A stretch of 64,000 bases of DNA from an uncultured Eubacterium sp. GTDB lineage: Bacteria > Bacillota > Clostridia > Lachnospirales > Lachnospiraceae. Where the stretch lies: contig CAMEJP010000001.1 of NCBI GenBank assembly GCA_945920185.1, forward strand, positions 45,320 through 109,319, written 5' to 3'. Made by a program: the position numbers and the translations under genes. Of this stretch, positions 1 through 8,927 are shown in pieces; positions within the stretch are counted from its first letter, which is position 1, and each line of letters starts with the position of its first letter. A model generated the notes under the pieces. That model was not told the origin of the DNA. It was given only the letters and a program-made list of their open reading frames with translations, and ran no database searches.

Positions 1-2147
1 GCATTAGGAGCGTCATACTTATAAGGTGAATTTTTAACTGCTTCCACATCAATAATATTTTCAAAAACAGTTTTATTGTAGCACTGTACATCGATAGTAT
101 ATTTAACGCCATCCTGATACACAACGTTAGGTTTATCGTTTGTCTGAATTACAAACTTACCTGAAGCGTCTGTCTCCTCAAGTGACAGGAGAATATGCTG
201 CAATATTGAATATCTGTTCGTGAAATTGTTATACATATTCACTACAAACAGAGGATTTTCAGTACTTTCAATGGCATTTGCACCGATTGAATCCTTCAAT
301 GTATCACTGTCAGAGTTATTACCGCCTGAGCCTGCCTGATTGGTAGTACTGCTATACTCAAGCAAAAGTGCAGTTGAATATATCTTTGCATCAGAAGCAA
401 AAGAAATTCCGGTGGTTGACTCTATTGACTTAAGATACTTCTTGGTTTCGTCAGCCATCTCGTTTCTTGAATTCATAATGTCCTGATTAGCTCCCGGGAA
501 CTCATTTTCAAAATAAGTTTCGTCTAGCAGACACATAAGGTAGCTGTTAGCTGAAGCGTTATTCTTAAACTTCATATATGCAAATGAGTTTTTACCTCCG
601 ATATCCTGCTGTATAAAATATACTGAAGTATCAAGATACTTTGCTCCGAAGAAATTTGCCGCAAAATCAGCCGCATCTTTGAGCTCATATTTCAAATTCT
701 TGTAATAGCCCGGATTCATAGGCTGAACTATATTGTCAAAAGTAACAACATTACCATGCTCGTCAGTGTAAGTCGCTTTCAGATACTTATCAGGAATTAC
801 ATAGTATCTCTGATTTCCCTTTAAGGCAAGTGATTCTGCCGTAGCAGCAAGCTGCGTTGAATTGTATACTATATAAGCTTTACCTGATAAAAGGAGATTC
901 TTAAGACCCGACATATTAAGTTCAGACGCCTTACCGTTTACAATAAGTGCACTTGACTTATTATGTGTATCGGCATAAGCTCCGTTACCGATACCGTAGC
1001 CCCAGTAATTTCCGGATATCGCAACCTTCGTATATCCTGAATTTACCTGTAAGTCATCATTTACAAAAATGCTTGAATCATCGTCTACATACAAAGAATT
1101 GTTTATTCCTGTTAAAGGCTTCTTTCCGAGTGTTGTTGATACAATAATGTTTGAACCCCAAATGTCACTGTTTGAAAAAGCAACATTTGACATACCTGCC
1201 GGAGTATTTTTTATTGTAATGTTACCTCCCGATACAAATACACCGCTACTTAAAGACACGTTTGAATTTGTAAATACAATGCCTTCAGAATCATTAGAAC
1301 CGCCGCCGTATATTCCGCCATATACGGTAGTATAACCACTTGAAGTGCTTGTTGAACCGGTTTCAAATTTTACCGCATCTGTTGCTATAAGTGAATAGTC
1401 TTTAAATGCCTTTATCGAATTAAGTCTGTCGGTATTAAATATTACATTCATGCTAGGATAATCGATAACAAAATCCACTGTAACTTCTGAGAAAAATCCC
1501 TGTGCATTATGTATATACTTAATATTTGCATCCTTTATGACTATTTGATAACCGCCGCCGTTGTCAATGGTTGAATCATATTTTATTCTTACACTTGATA
1601 TACTGCTGACCTTTGCATTATGGTCATTCTTTATCATGGCATTCAGCTTTGAAATGGTATTATTACAAACTGTCTTACCATCGCCGACATCGTCATTTGC
1701 CATAAAAATCTTGCTGTCACCCGTACTCATATCTGACTCAGAAAAGTAAGGTGTTCCGATACTGTCCTTTCCTCCGAAAAACTCCATAAGATTAGCAATA
1801 TACTTTTTCTGAAGTTTCTCGTTCGCCTCGTCATCTTCCATCTTGGCGGTTATCTCTATACCGCCCACTGTAGTAGTCACTTCCATATGTGAAAGTACAT
1901 AGGAATATGCCGAGCTTAAGTTATCCATAGCAGTCATACCTACTCCTGTGTATATTTCATCCACAACAGATTCTGCTGTATAGAATGACTGCTTATTTTT
2001 TTCATTATATTTCTTTAATGTAAGATTAGTATATGCCGCCAGAACGGTTACCGCTCCTATAATGGTAATAAAGGAAATGGCAACCAGAACCATCATAAGC
2101 GTAGAACCTTTATGGGACTTATTTTTTATTCTATTTTTTTGCTCCAT
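1..2147 (-). CDS. Very large type IV pilus-associated pilin-like protein (GspK/PilX-like, no Glu+5). Only the N-terminal ~715 codons are in the window; the C-terminus lies beyond the left edge.
   Basis: It is absent from the ORF track because there is no stop in the window. My own translation from the ATG at 2147..2145 (AAGGAGG ~6 nt upstream) gives MEQKNRIKNKSHKGSTLMMVLVAISFITIIGAVTVLAAYTNLTLKKYNEKNKQSFYTAESVVDEIYTGVGMTAMDN... The same frame is still readable at nt 3-20 (..KYDAPN). I also spot-checked 1201-1340, which reads SGYTTVYGGIYGGGSNDSEGIVFTNSNVSLSSGVFVSGGNITIKNTP. It has a basic leader, then Gly, then ~20 hydrophobic residues, as in pilins, but no E at +5. It overlaps the preceding minor pilin gene by 17 nt. 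Confidence 0.55.
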   Translation of the reverse strand, partial: MEQKNRIKNKSHKGSTLMMVLVAISFITIIGAVTVLAAYTNLTLKKYNEKNKQSFYTAESVVDEIYTGVGMTAMDNLSSAYSYVLSHMEVTTTVGGIEITAKMEDDEANEKLQKKYIANLMEFFGGKDSIGTPYFSESDMSTGDSKIFMANDDVGDGKTVCNNTISKLNAMIKNDHNAKVSSISSVRIKYDSTIDNGGGYQIVIKDANIKYIHNAQGFFSEVTVDFVIDYPSMNVIFNTDRLNSIKAFKDYSLIATDAVKFETGSTSTSSGYTTVYGGIYGGGSNDSEGIVFTNSNVSLSSGVFVSGGNITIKNTPAGMSNVAFSNSDIWGSNIIVSTTLGKKPLTGINNSLYVDDDSSIFVNDDLQVNSGYTKVAISGNYWGYGIGNGAYADTHNKSSALIVNGKASELNMSGLKNLLLSGKAYIVYNSTQLAATAESLALKGNQRYYVIPDKYLKATYTDEHGNVVTFDNIVQPMNPGYYKNLKYELKDAADFAANFFGAKYLDTSVYFIQQDIGGKNSFAYMKFKNNASANSYLMCLLDETYFENEFPGANQDIMNSRNEMADETKKYLKSIESTTGISFASDAKIYSTALLLEYSSTTNQAGSGGNNSDSDTLKDSIGANAIESTENPLFVVNMYNNFTNRYSILQHILLSLEETDASGKFVIQTNDKPNVVYQDGVKYTIDVQCYNKTVFENIIDVEAVKNSPYKYDAPN

Positions 2148-3306
2148 AATTGGCCTCCTTAGCTGATGAAATGTTGGCTACAATTTCTCCGTTATATGTC
2201 TTCTCTCTTACTACAACATTAATTCCGTAAAGTGAATTTTCCTTACTGCCTCCACCGGTAAGACCTTCGCCAAAGCCGTCAATATCCGAATACAAAGCCA
2301 GTACACCGCCATCCGGAATATTATATTCAGTTCCCGATTCACTGTTAGCATATACCTGTCTTGTGCTTACGTTGTTTACATCAAGAATACTTGTTGAGAC
2401 AGCACCTTCAACAGTACTGTTCACAATACCTACCCTTACCGCTTCGGAACAACATGACACCGGAGCTGAATCATTCAAAATATATTTGTGTACAATCTCT
2501 AAACGGTCTGTTGACTTTGGACTTGTATTGTTAAAATTCTTATACATCAGGTATACACCGGGAATTGCACCTCCCTCTGAAGGGAAATATGATTTTGCTG
2601 CAACAAATCTCGTTGTTGTGTAATCAGATTTTCCGGGTGCAGAATATTTACATTTTACATATACACTTGTTCTGTACTCATACTTTGTTGAAGGATATAC
2701 TTTTGATACATCCGTAACTATCTCTATTGTAGTTGCCTTTGTAATGGAATCCTTCGATGCGCCTAATGCCACTGTGGCATAATCGTCATATTTTGTCAGT
2801 TCATCCGTTATTACAACATTATTTCCGTTGTACAAATCCGTCATAATCGGATTTTCATATGAATTGATAAGCTTCTGTGTGGCATCGTCCGCTGACACAT
2901 ATGTTTCAGGTGTTATCGTAACGGTAACAAAATACTTCTGTCCGCTTGAACCAGATATATAATAATGTCCGTCTGACATCTTATAATTTCCTGAAGCATC
3001 CTTTTCAAATGCTTCAAAGACAAACTTATCATTAAGTCCGTCTCCGTTTGTATCTTCACTCGTATATGAATCTGCCACTCCGTTATGAAGTGTTCCCAAA
3101 ATATCCTCCATACTTGTGAATTTATATTTTTCCATAACATTCTGGGCTACTACCGTAGCACTGTGTTTCTTTTTAGCCTTACCGTTTCCGTTAACAGCAT
3201 TCCAGAATACATGTGCCATTGGCATTACTACCAGAACCAAAATTGTCACAGCCACTATCAGTTCAATAAGTGTAAAGCCCTTATTTGATTTCAATCTTTT
3301 TTCCAT
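2131..3306 (-). CDS. Large minor pilin with a prepilin-type N-terminal cleavage/methylation domain (391 aa)
   Basis: It has the class III signal MEKRLKSNKG|FTLIELIVAVTILVLVV (G-1, F+1, E+5). I place the start at the internal ATG 3306 (GGAG ~9 nt upstream) rather than the ORF-track start at 3360. It sits in the pilus operon. Confidence 0.8.
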   Translation of the reverse strand: MEKRLKSNKGFTLIELIVAVTILVLVVMPMAHVFWNAVNGNGKAKKKHSATVVAQNVMEKYKFTSMEDILGTLHNGVADSYTSEDTNGDGLNDKFVFEAFEKDASGNYKMSDGHYYISGSSGQKYFVTVTITPETYVSADDATQKLINSYENPIMTDLYNGNNVVITDELTKYDDYATVALGASKDSITKATTIEIVTDVSKVYPSTKYEYRTSVYVKCKYSAPGKSDYTTTRFVAAKSYFPSEGGAIPGVYLMYKNFNNTSPKSTDRLEIVHKYILNDSAPVSCCSEAVRVGIVNSTVEGAVSTSILDVNNVSTRQVYANSESGTEYNIPDGGVLALYSDIDGFGEGLTGGGSKENSLYGINVVVREKTYNGEIVANISSAKEANYGAKK

Positions 3307-3371
3307 GCAATCAACTCCATTCTGCCACAAGAGAACCGGATTAATAAACCCGATTCTCAATAGCAGTCATA

Positions 3372-4469
3372 TTAATAAGCAACTACATCGCCGGATTTTT
3401 CTACCTTGATTCGCGACTTAGTCTTGTCGTCATTAATTACCGTGAAATTAACTTTCTTGTCTGAGTTGTTAACGATTGTAACATTAGCACCAACAAGATC
3501 CACATCATCAGGTCTTGCAGCGCTTGACAAAAGAATATCTATTGTCTCGCCGGCAGCAAAATCTGTTGCCTGTACGGACTGCTCTCCAACCTTATATGAT
3601 GCCTTATACAAACCATTTGCACCTGAGATGGTAATCGTTACCTTGTGTGTAGTATTACCGTTTGCTGATATGCTGGTACTTCCTGTATTATCCTTGCTGA
3701 GACCTACGATTACATTGTCAAGAGAAGAACCCCAAGGATTTACAAGTACATATAAGTCATTGTCATTTCTTATCTTAGTTACTGTTGTCTCATCATTTAT
3801 AGACATATTAGGTGAGAATGTATCTGACGTAAACAGACTCACATTATCTCTTCCTATAAGAACGCCGGTAGTATTTACGACCTCAGGTTTTCTTCCATCA
3901 CCTACCACAGCATATGTATTGATATTTGCCGTGCCGGAAATGGTTCCGTCAGTAGCATTATAGGTCAATGATATATTTTCTATCAAAGTTTTGTACTGAT
4001 TATTGTTTACATTGTACAAAAATCTCATAACATCATCATATGTGGCACTAAAAGTAATTACAGCCGGCTTCGTCCAACCCGTAAGCTTTAAAGAATCGGC
4101 AATTGATGATGTTGTGTCAGTTGTAGGCTTAGCTATGTTATAAACACTAATCCATGTAGAGTTAGACTCCAATGAATCAAGGAACATTATCTGGAATTCC
4201 TGTGTCTTGTTTGCAGGATAATGCGTTAAAAGTTCTTCAAAAACAGCCGTATTGGTTGCTATTTCTGATTTATAAAACTTTTCCTTCGTATACATTGTAT
4301 ACAACTTGTCATATTCACTTTTCAGAGAAGATACTTCCTCATTTAAAGCTGTTGCCTTATCATTGATTGTCGTAAATCCAAAACGATATGCAAGAAGTAA
4401 TATTATTACAGCCAGAGCACCAAGAAGAAGATGCTTTTCTCTTTCACCGATACCTAATTCAAGTTTCAT
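3372..4469 (-). CDS. pilO: PilO-like type IV pilus assembly protein with an extra ~160-aa C-terminal beta-rich domain
   Basis: It has an N-terminal TM helix (LLLGALAVIILLLAY) followed by a coiled coil (ALNEEVSSLKSEYDKLYTMY). It lies directly after pilMN, with AAGGAGG inside the pilMN 3' end. The assignment rests on topology and synteny, not on a strong motif. Confidence 0.55.
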   Translation of the reverse strand: MKLELGIGEREKHLLLGALAVIILLLAYRFGFTTINDKATALNEEVSSLKSEYDKLYTMYTKEKFYKSEIATNTAVFEELLTHYPANKTQEFQIMFLDSLESNSTWISVYNIAKPTTDTTSSIADSLKLTGWTKPAVITFSATYDDVMRFLYNVNNNQYKTLIENISLTYNATDGTISGTANINTYAVVGDGRKPEVVNTTGVLIGRDNVSLFTSDTFSPNMSINDETTVTKIRNDNDLYVLVNPWGSSLDNVIVGLSKDNTGSTSISANGNTTHKVTITISGANGLYKASYKVGEQSVQATDFAAGETIDILLSSAARPDDVDLVGANVTIVNNSDKKVNFTVINDDKTKSRIKVEKSGDVVAY

Positions 4470-4471
4470 AA

Positions 4472-6124
4472 TTATTCTGCCTCCTTCTTTGTGTTATCTG
4501 TTTCATTGTTTGTCTTACTGTCCTTTTTATCATCAGATATTGTTGACAGCTTATTGAGCGGACTTACCGGATTGACAAACTGACATGTAACCGTAAATGT
4601 TACCGTTGTAACTCCATCCGGACTCACAGCTTCGCTTCCTCCCGGAGTTACCACATTTGATACATAAGGAAGGTCTTTAAGCTGCATAAGAGTTCTTGCA
4701 AGAGTTGCCTTATCACGGCAGTAACCTGACATGGATACCGAACCGTTCTTTGAAGATATTGTCGTAAGCAGTACATCTGAAGGAAGAACCTCCTCCAAAT
4801 CTCTCATAAACTCATAGAAATAATCGTTGTTGTTACTGCTGTTATTTACATAAAAATCCTGAAGATTATCTCTCTTTTCTCTTGAAATGACATAATCGTT
4901 ATATGTCTTTCTGGCACCTTCAAGATTCTTTACTTTCTCCTCATAATTCTTCTTATCAACACTCAGCTTTACATATCTTATAGTAGGTACAGCCACCAAT
5001 ACAAGTGAAGCTAAAACTGAGACAACCAATGCAATGATAAGATATTTTGTAACATTAACATTCTTAGATTCCTTTGATTTTGCAGCGTTTGCCTGTGCAA
5101 AATTTACAGGGGCAAGACATGCACCCATGGTAGACATATACTGCAAAAGCTCATTTCTGCTTATTCTGAAGAACTTATCCGGCTCAACAGCCTTCAAATC
5201 GGTAATCTTTGTAAAATCAATATTAAGTTCATTAGCAAAGAGCTTTTCTATTCCTATGACAGACGCACCATCACCCATAATGTACGCCTTTTCAATAGGA
5301 CTGTCCTGGTTACGTGCTATGTAATAATCTACGATACGCGAGATACTGTTAACCAGATATCTTAAAGATTCCGTAATCTCCTCGCCGTCAAATGTTTCAT
5401 GAACTATTGAACCTCTTGAAAGAAGTTCTACAGCCACCTGATAAGATACTTTCTTTGTATCCATAATAGCGTTGACAACGGCAGAACGTCCGTAAGGAAC
5501 CGTTCTCTGGAACTGCAGCACTCTGTTTTTCATTACGTTTATAATAGTTGAATCGTTACCAATCTGGATAACCATACTTGGCGTGTCATCTATCTGTAGC
5601 TTTAACATCTGAAGAGTACTGTTACCAAGATAATCGACTGCTACAACATTAAGTCCTGCCTGCTTAGCCAGTTCATAATACGGTGTAACGATATTAAGCG
5701 GCGCAGCCAGAGCAAGTATTCTTAAGTTCTTTTCCTTGTCGTTTACAATGGTCTCAAGTACCGTATGTGTTAAAGAATAATCTTCAATGTTATTTACCGG
5801 GAAATACTCAGCAGCATTAGCCTTTACAAGGTCGTTGATACGATTAGGCTTTACGTTAGGCAACACTGCTTCCTTACTTGCTATCTTTGAAGAAAGAATT
5901 GTCATTACAACATCTTTCGTCATAATCAGATTGTCTTTGAGTGCCAGCTTTATAGCCTCTGCTATATCTGACACATTCTTTAAAAATCCATCCTCCACGC
6001 TGCCTTCAGGTGTAGGAATGGTCACTGCCTTATGGACAGCTATATTTTTCATGCCTGTATGACTTACTTCACACAATTTAATGAGCTCATTACTAATCTC
6101 TAATGTCAAAGTTTTTGAAGCCAT
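4472..6124 (-). CDS. pilM: PilM-PilN fusion protein (actin-like ATPase domain, TM helix, PilN-like domain)
   Basis: The first ~350 aa look like a PilM/FtsA-like fold (MASKTLTLEISNELIKLCEV..., IMGDGASVIGIEKLF). A TM helix (YLIIALVVSVLASLVLVAVP) and a coiled-coil extracytoplasmic domain follow. PilMN fusions are known in clostridial pilus loci. The RBS is GGGAGG. Confidence 0.75.
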   Translation of the reverse strand: MASKTLTLEISNELIKLCEVSHTGMKNIAVHKAVTIPTPEGSVEDGFLKNVSDIAEAIKLALKDNLIMTKDVVMTILSSKIASKEAVLPNVKPNRINDLVKANAAEYFPVNNIEDYSLTHTVLETIVNDKEKNLRILALAAPLNIVTPYYELAKQAGLNVVAVDYLGNSTLQMLKLQIDDTPSMVIQIGNDSTIINVMKNRVLQFQRTVPYGRSAVVNAIMDTKKVSYQVAVELLSRGSIVHETFDGEEITESLRYLVNSISRIVDYYIARNQDSPIEKAYIMGDGASVIGIEKLFANELNIDFTKITDLKAVEPDKFFRISRNELLQYMSTMGACLAPVNFAQANAAKSKESKNVNVTKYLIIALVVSVLASLVLVAVPTIRYVKLSVDKKNYEEKVKNLEGARKTYNDYVISREKRDNLQDFYVNNSSNNNDYFYEFMRDLEEVLPSDVLLTTISSKNGSVSMSGYCRDKATLARTLMQLKDLPYVSNVVTPGGSEAVSPDGVTTVTFTVTCQFVNPVSPLNKLSTISDDKKDSKTNNETDNTKKEAE

Positions 6125-6137
6125 CTAATGTTCCTCC

Positions 6138-6917
6138 CTATTTAAAAAATTGCCAATACCAAGCTAAAATACCATCTCCGAAAAGCATTGTTATAAACAT
6201 TCCTGCTGACAGATAAGGTCCCAAAGCTAACATATGGTCCTTTTTCAACACTAGCATCAGTATATAGTGAATAACAGAACCAATAACAGCTCCAATAACC
6301 AATGCCAAAATAATGTGCTTCCATCCAAGCAATAAACCGCCCGCCGCCATAAGATAGACGTCTCCGAGTCCCATCGCTCTTTCATGTGAAGCCTTGTATA
6401 TTATAAATAAAATTGTACTAACCGCAAAAAAGCCTATCACATACTCAGGTATGCTATGATAGTCTATTATTGCTTCATATATCACTCTTATAACTGCCAG
6501 CGCCAAAAGCGCATATATCATACAGTTATATATTTCATATGTTCTCCAGTCAATAACCGATATGACTACGAGACAGGAGAAAGAGAGGCAGAATATCAGG
6601 CTTGGCAGATTAATTCCGTTAGTCAAAAATATTAGTACATACCCGATTCCACTAATGAATTCTACCAGTGGATACTGCACCGATATTTTTGCCTTGCAGT
6701 GTCTACATCTGCCTCTTAAAATGATGTAGCTCACAAGTGGTACGAGGTCGTACCACTTGATTTTTTCGCCACAACTCATACAGTGAGAAGACTTTGTAGC
6801 TATATTTTCTTGTAATGGTATCCTGTATATAAGGACATTTGTAAAACTTCCGATACATACTCCAAAGATAAATATGTAAGCATATATCATAATATAGATT
6901 AAAGTTTCCGACTGCAT
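6138..6917 (-). CDS. pilD: Prepilin peptidase / N-methyltransferase (peptidase A24)
   Basis: It has the Cys-rich motif CMSCGEKIKWYDLVPLVSYIILRGRCRHCKAKISVQYPLVE and the catalytic-Asp motif GLGDVYLMAAGGLLLGW. It is polytopic and lies next to pilA. Confidence 0.9.
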   Translation of the reverse strand: MQSETLIYIMIYAYIFIFGVCIGSFTNVLIYRIPLQENIATKSSHCMSCGEKIKWYDLVPLVSYIILRGRCRHCKAKISVQYPLVEFISGIGYVLIFLTNGINLPSLIFCLSFSCLVVISVIDWRTYEIYNCMIYALLALAVIRVIYEAIIDYHSIPEYVIGFFAVSTILFIIYKASHERAMGLGDVYLMAAGGLLLGWKHIILALVIGAVIGSVIHYILMLVLKKDHMLALGPYLSAGMFITMLFGDGILAWYWQFFK

Positions 6918-6952
6918 ATTAATTCTCCGGTTAAGATAATGTAAAATTAATC

Positions 6953-7465
6953 TTACTGATGATCAGCTGCTATTTCATTATATGTTGTCTGATCTGGAAT
7001 ATAGAAACTATTGCTTCCGTTTGTAACTTTAAGAGCTATATTTTCCTTTGAATCAATAACAACTGTTATTGCTGCACCATAAGTTGTTGACTTGTAGTTC
7101 TTTGAGCTGAACTTCATAGCCTGAACTGCAGCAAAATCTTTCTGCTTAAGATAATCAGCCAAATCATTCTTCATAAGATCAGCGCCACCGTCTTTAGAAG
7201 CACAGAATGTTGCTAAATTATATCCTGTTGTACCATTGTTTGCCTTGCCTGCCCAATCATCATAAATATCCGGATCAGCAATAGCATTCTGAAGTGCCTG
7301 ATATACATTATCAGCTGCATTCTTATCTTTTGAAAGTCTTGACTTGTCAATCTGCTTCATCAAAGATGGAGCCATAATACCTACTAAGATTGCCATAATA
7401 GCGATTACAACGATGAGTTCTACTAAAGAGAAACCTTTGTTGCTTTTCATTGATTGATTTTTCAT
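6953..7465 (-). CDS. pilA: Major type IV pilin (170 aa)
   Basis: The N-terminus reads MKNQSMKSNKG|FSLVELIVVIAIMAILVGIMAPSL, a canonical prepilin with F+1 and E+5. I place the start at ATG 7465 (GGGAGAG upstream). The upstream 28 codons in the ORF track fall inside the structured leader and are not used. Confidence 0.85.
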   Translation of the reverse strand: MKNQSMKSNKGFSLVELIVVIAIMAILVGIMAPSLMKQIDKSRLSKDKNAADNVYQALQNAIADPDIYDDWAGKANNGTTGYNLATFCASKDGGADLMKNDLADYLKQKDFAAVQAMKFSSKNYKSTTYGAAITVVIDSKENIALKVTNGSNSFYIPDQTTYNEIAADHQ

Positions 7466-7496
7466 AATAAAATCTCTCCCTTTTCTAAATAATATA

Positions 7497-7586
7497 GTTT
7501 TGTTACCGGGGGGACTCTCACCCGCCTGCCGTATGCAGCACCGCTTCATACGACTTATCTATACTTAAGTCCTGCTCGGGTAAAAC
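7497..7586 (-). promoter_or_regulatory. Structured GC-rich 5' leader / intercistronic RNA element upstream of pilA (riboswitch-like, class unassigned)
   Basis: The pilC-pilA gap is 141 nt. On the minus strand I can draw an outer helix GUUUUACC..GGU(aac)AAAAC. It encloses two perfect hairpins, GACUUA-N8-UAAGUC (7552-7571) and GUAUG-N11-CAUAC (7531-7551), plus a G/C-rich segment GGCAGGCGGGUGAGAGUCCCCCCGG. The region is visibly more GC-rich than its surroundings. Confidence 0.35.
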
Positions 7587-7606
7587 AGAACAAAGTACCT
7601 TAATCA

Positions 7607-8824
7607 TTAACCGATGGAATCGTACAGTTTCATCATCGGCTGGAATATGGCTACGATAAGCACACCCACTATACCTGCCATAAGAATAATGATAACCGGT
7701 TCCATAAGTTTTGAAAGATTTGCAGTGGTAATCTCTACTTCTTCTTCATAATATGCAGCGCATCCGTCAAGCATCTCTTCAAGATTACCTGTCTCCTCTC
7801 CTATACCTATCATATGGTAAAGCATAGGTGGGAATAACTTCGAGTTTTTCATAAATCCTGATATGGATGAACCAAGCGAAACCTGATCTCTGAGGTTAAG
7901 CAGTTCTTCCCTGAAAAGTATGTTATCCATTGTATTTGCAGTAATCTCTATCGCTTCTATCATAGGCATACCTGCCGCTATAAGAGTTGAGAAGTTACGT
8001 GCAAATCTTGCGGAAGCCGACTTTGTGTTAAGTTTTCCGAAAAGAGGCATCTTTATGGATAATGCTGCAAGCTGATGTACTCCAAGGCTTGTTGACCTGT
8101 AAAACATAAACAGACCTACAACAATCGCAATGGCGCCTATAAATATATACCATCTCTTAATAAGTAAATTACTAAGATTAACTATAGCCATCGTAAACGC
8201 CGGCATATCAGTATCCAGCTCTGCAAACATTCCCATAAAGCTTGGGATAACTACGACAAGCATAACCACGAATACCGCAATAGCTACACATATAAGCACT
8301 ACCGGATAAGTAAGAGCGCTCTTAACCATACTCTTTAACTTAGCGTCTTTTTCAAAATATGTAGACATTCGCTCCAGTGCTATTTCAAGTGAACCCGAAG
8401 CTTCACCAGCTTCAATCATATTGATAAGGATTCCGGGGAACACACCCTTTTCCTTTCTCATGGCAGCAGCAAGAGAATCACCTTTTTCTACGCTGTCACG
8501 AACCTTTACGAGAGTTTCCTTAAGCGTCTTGCTCTCAGTCTGTTCAGCCAACATGTCAAGTGCCATTATAACGCTTACGCCGGCTCGAAGAACGCTCACG
8601 AACTGTCGGCAGAACACGCTCAAATCTCTGGTGTCAATCTTTTTTGCTTTTTTGAAGTTGCCAAGCTTAAGTTCTTTGTCAAACGCGCTTCCGACATCTA
8701 CCGAAAGAACCGTAACTCCTTCTGCCTTAAGAATCTGCTGAACCCTGTCCTGGCTGTCAGCTTCTATGGTTCTCTTTTTCTCTTTACCGCTTTTATCAAT
8801 AACTCTGCATATATAAGTTGCCAT
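7607..8824 (-). CDS. pilC: Type IV pilus platform protein PilC (GspF/T2SS-F family)
   Basis: It is 405 aa with a duplicated T2SSF architecture and 3 TM segments. The sequence runs MATYICRVIDKSGKEKKRTIEA...LFPPMLYHMIGIGEETGNLEEML. Confidence 0.9.
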   Translation of the reverse strand: MATYICRVIDKSGKEKKRTIEADSQDRVQQILKAEGVTVLSVDVGSAFDKELKLGNFKKAKKIDTRDLSVFCRQFVSVLRAGVSVIMALDMLAEQTESKTLKETLVKVRDSVEKGDSLAAAMRKEKGVFPGILINMIEAGEASGSLEIALERMSTYFEKDAKLKSMVKSALTYPVVLICVAIAVFVVMLVVVIPSFMGMFAELDTDMPAFTMAIVNLSNLLIKRWYIFIGAIAIVVGLFMFYRSTSLGVHQLAALSIKMPLFGKLNTKSASARFARNFSTLIAAGMPMIEAIEITANTMDNILFREELLNLRDQVSLGSSISGFMKNSKLFPPMLYHMIGIGEETGNLEEMLDGCAAYYEEEVEITTANLSKLMEPVIIILMAGIVGVLIVAIFQPMMKLYDSIG

Positions 8825-8927
8825 CTTTTCTCTCCAACTCTCTTTTCAATTCATATACATTATACCATTGTTTTACCAAAATTTCACGTTAACTTTGAAT
8901 TAAATTGTGTAACATTCATTTAACATT

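Noticed and set aside
7466-7549. The N-terminal extensions given by the ORF track for pilA (28 extra codons) and for the minor pilin (3307-3360).
   Set aside because: Prepilin leaders are short and basic. The internal ATGs give canonical leaders (MKNQSMKSNKG|F.. and MEKRLKSNKG|F..) with proper RBSs. The pilA extension would also run through the structured GC-rich leader.
7466-7606. Naming the pilA leader outright as a c-di-GMP-I or c-di-GMP-II riboswitch.
   Set aside because: I could not find the conserved core sequences of either class as I remember them (for example GCAAACC..GACGCAAAGC for class I, or GGGCAC..GUGCAACCGACC-like for class II). It is kept only as an unassigned structured element pending a covariance-model search.
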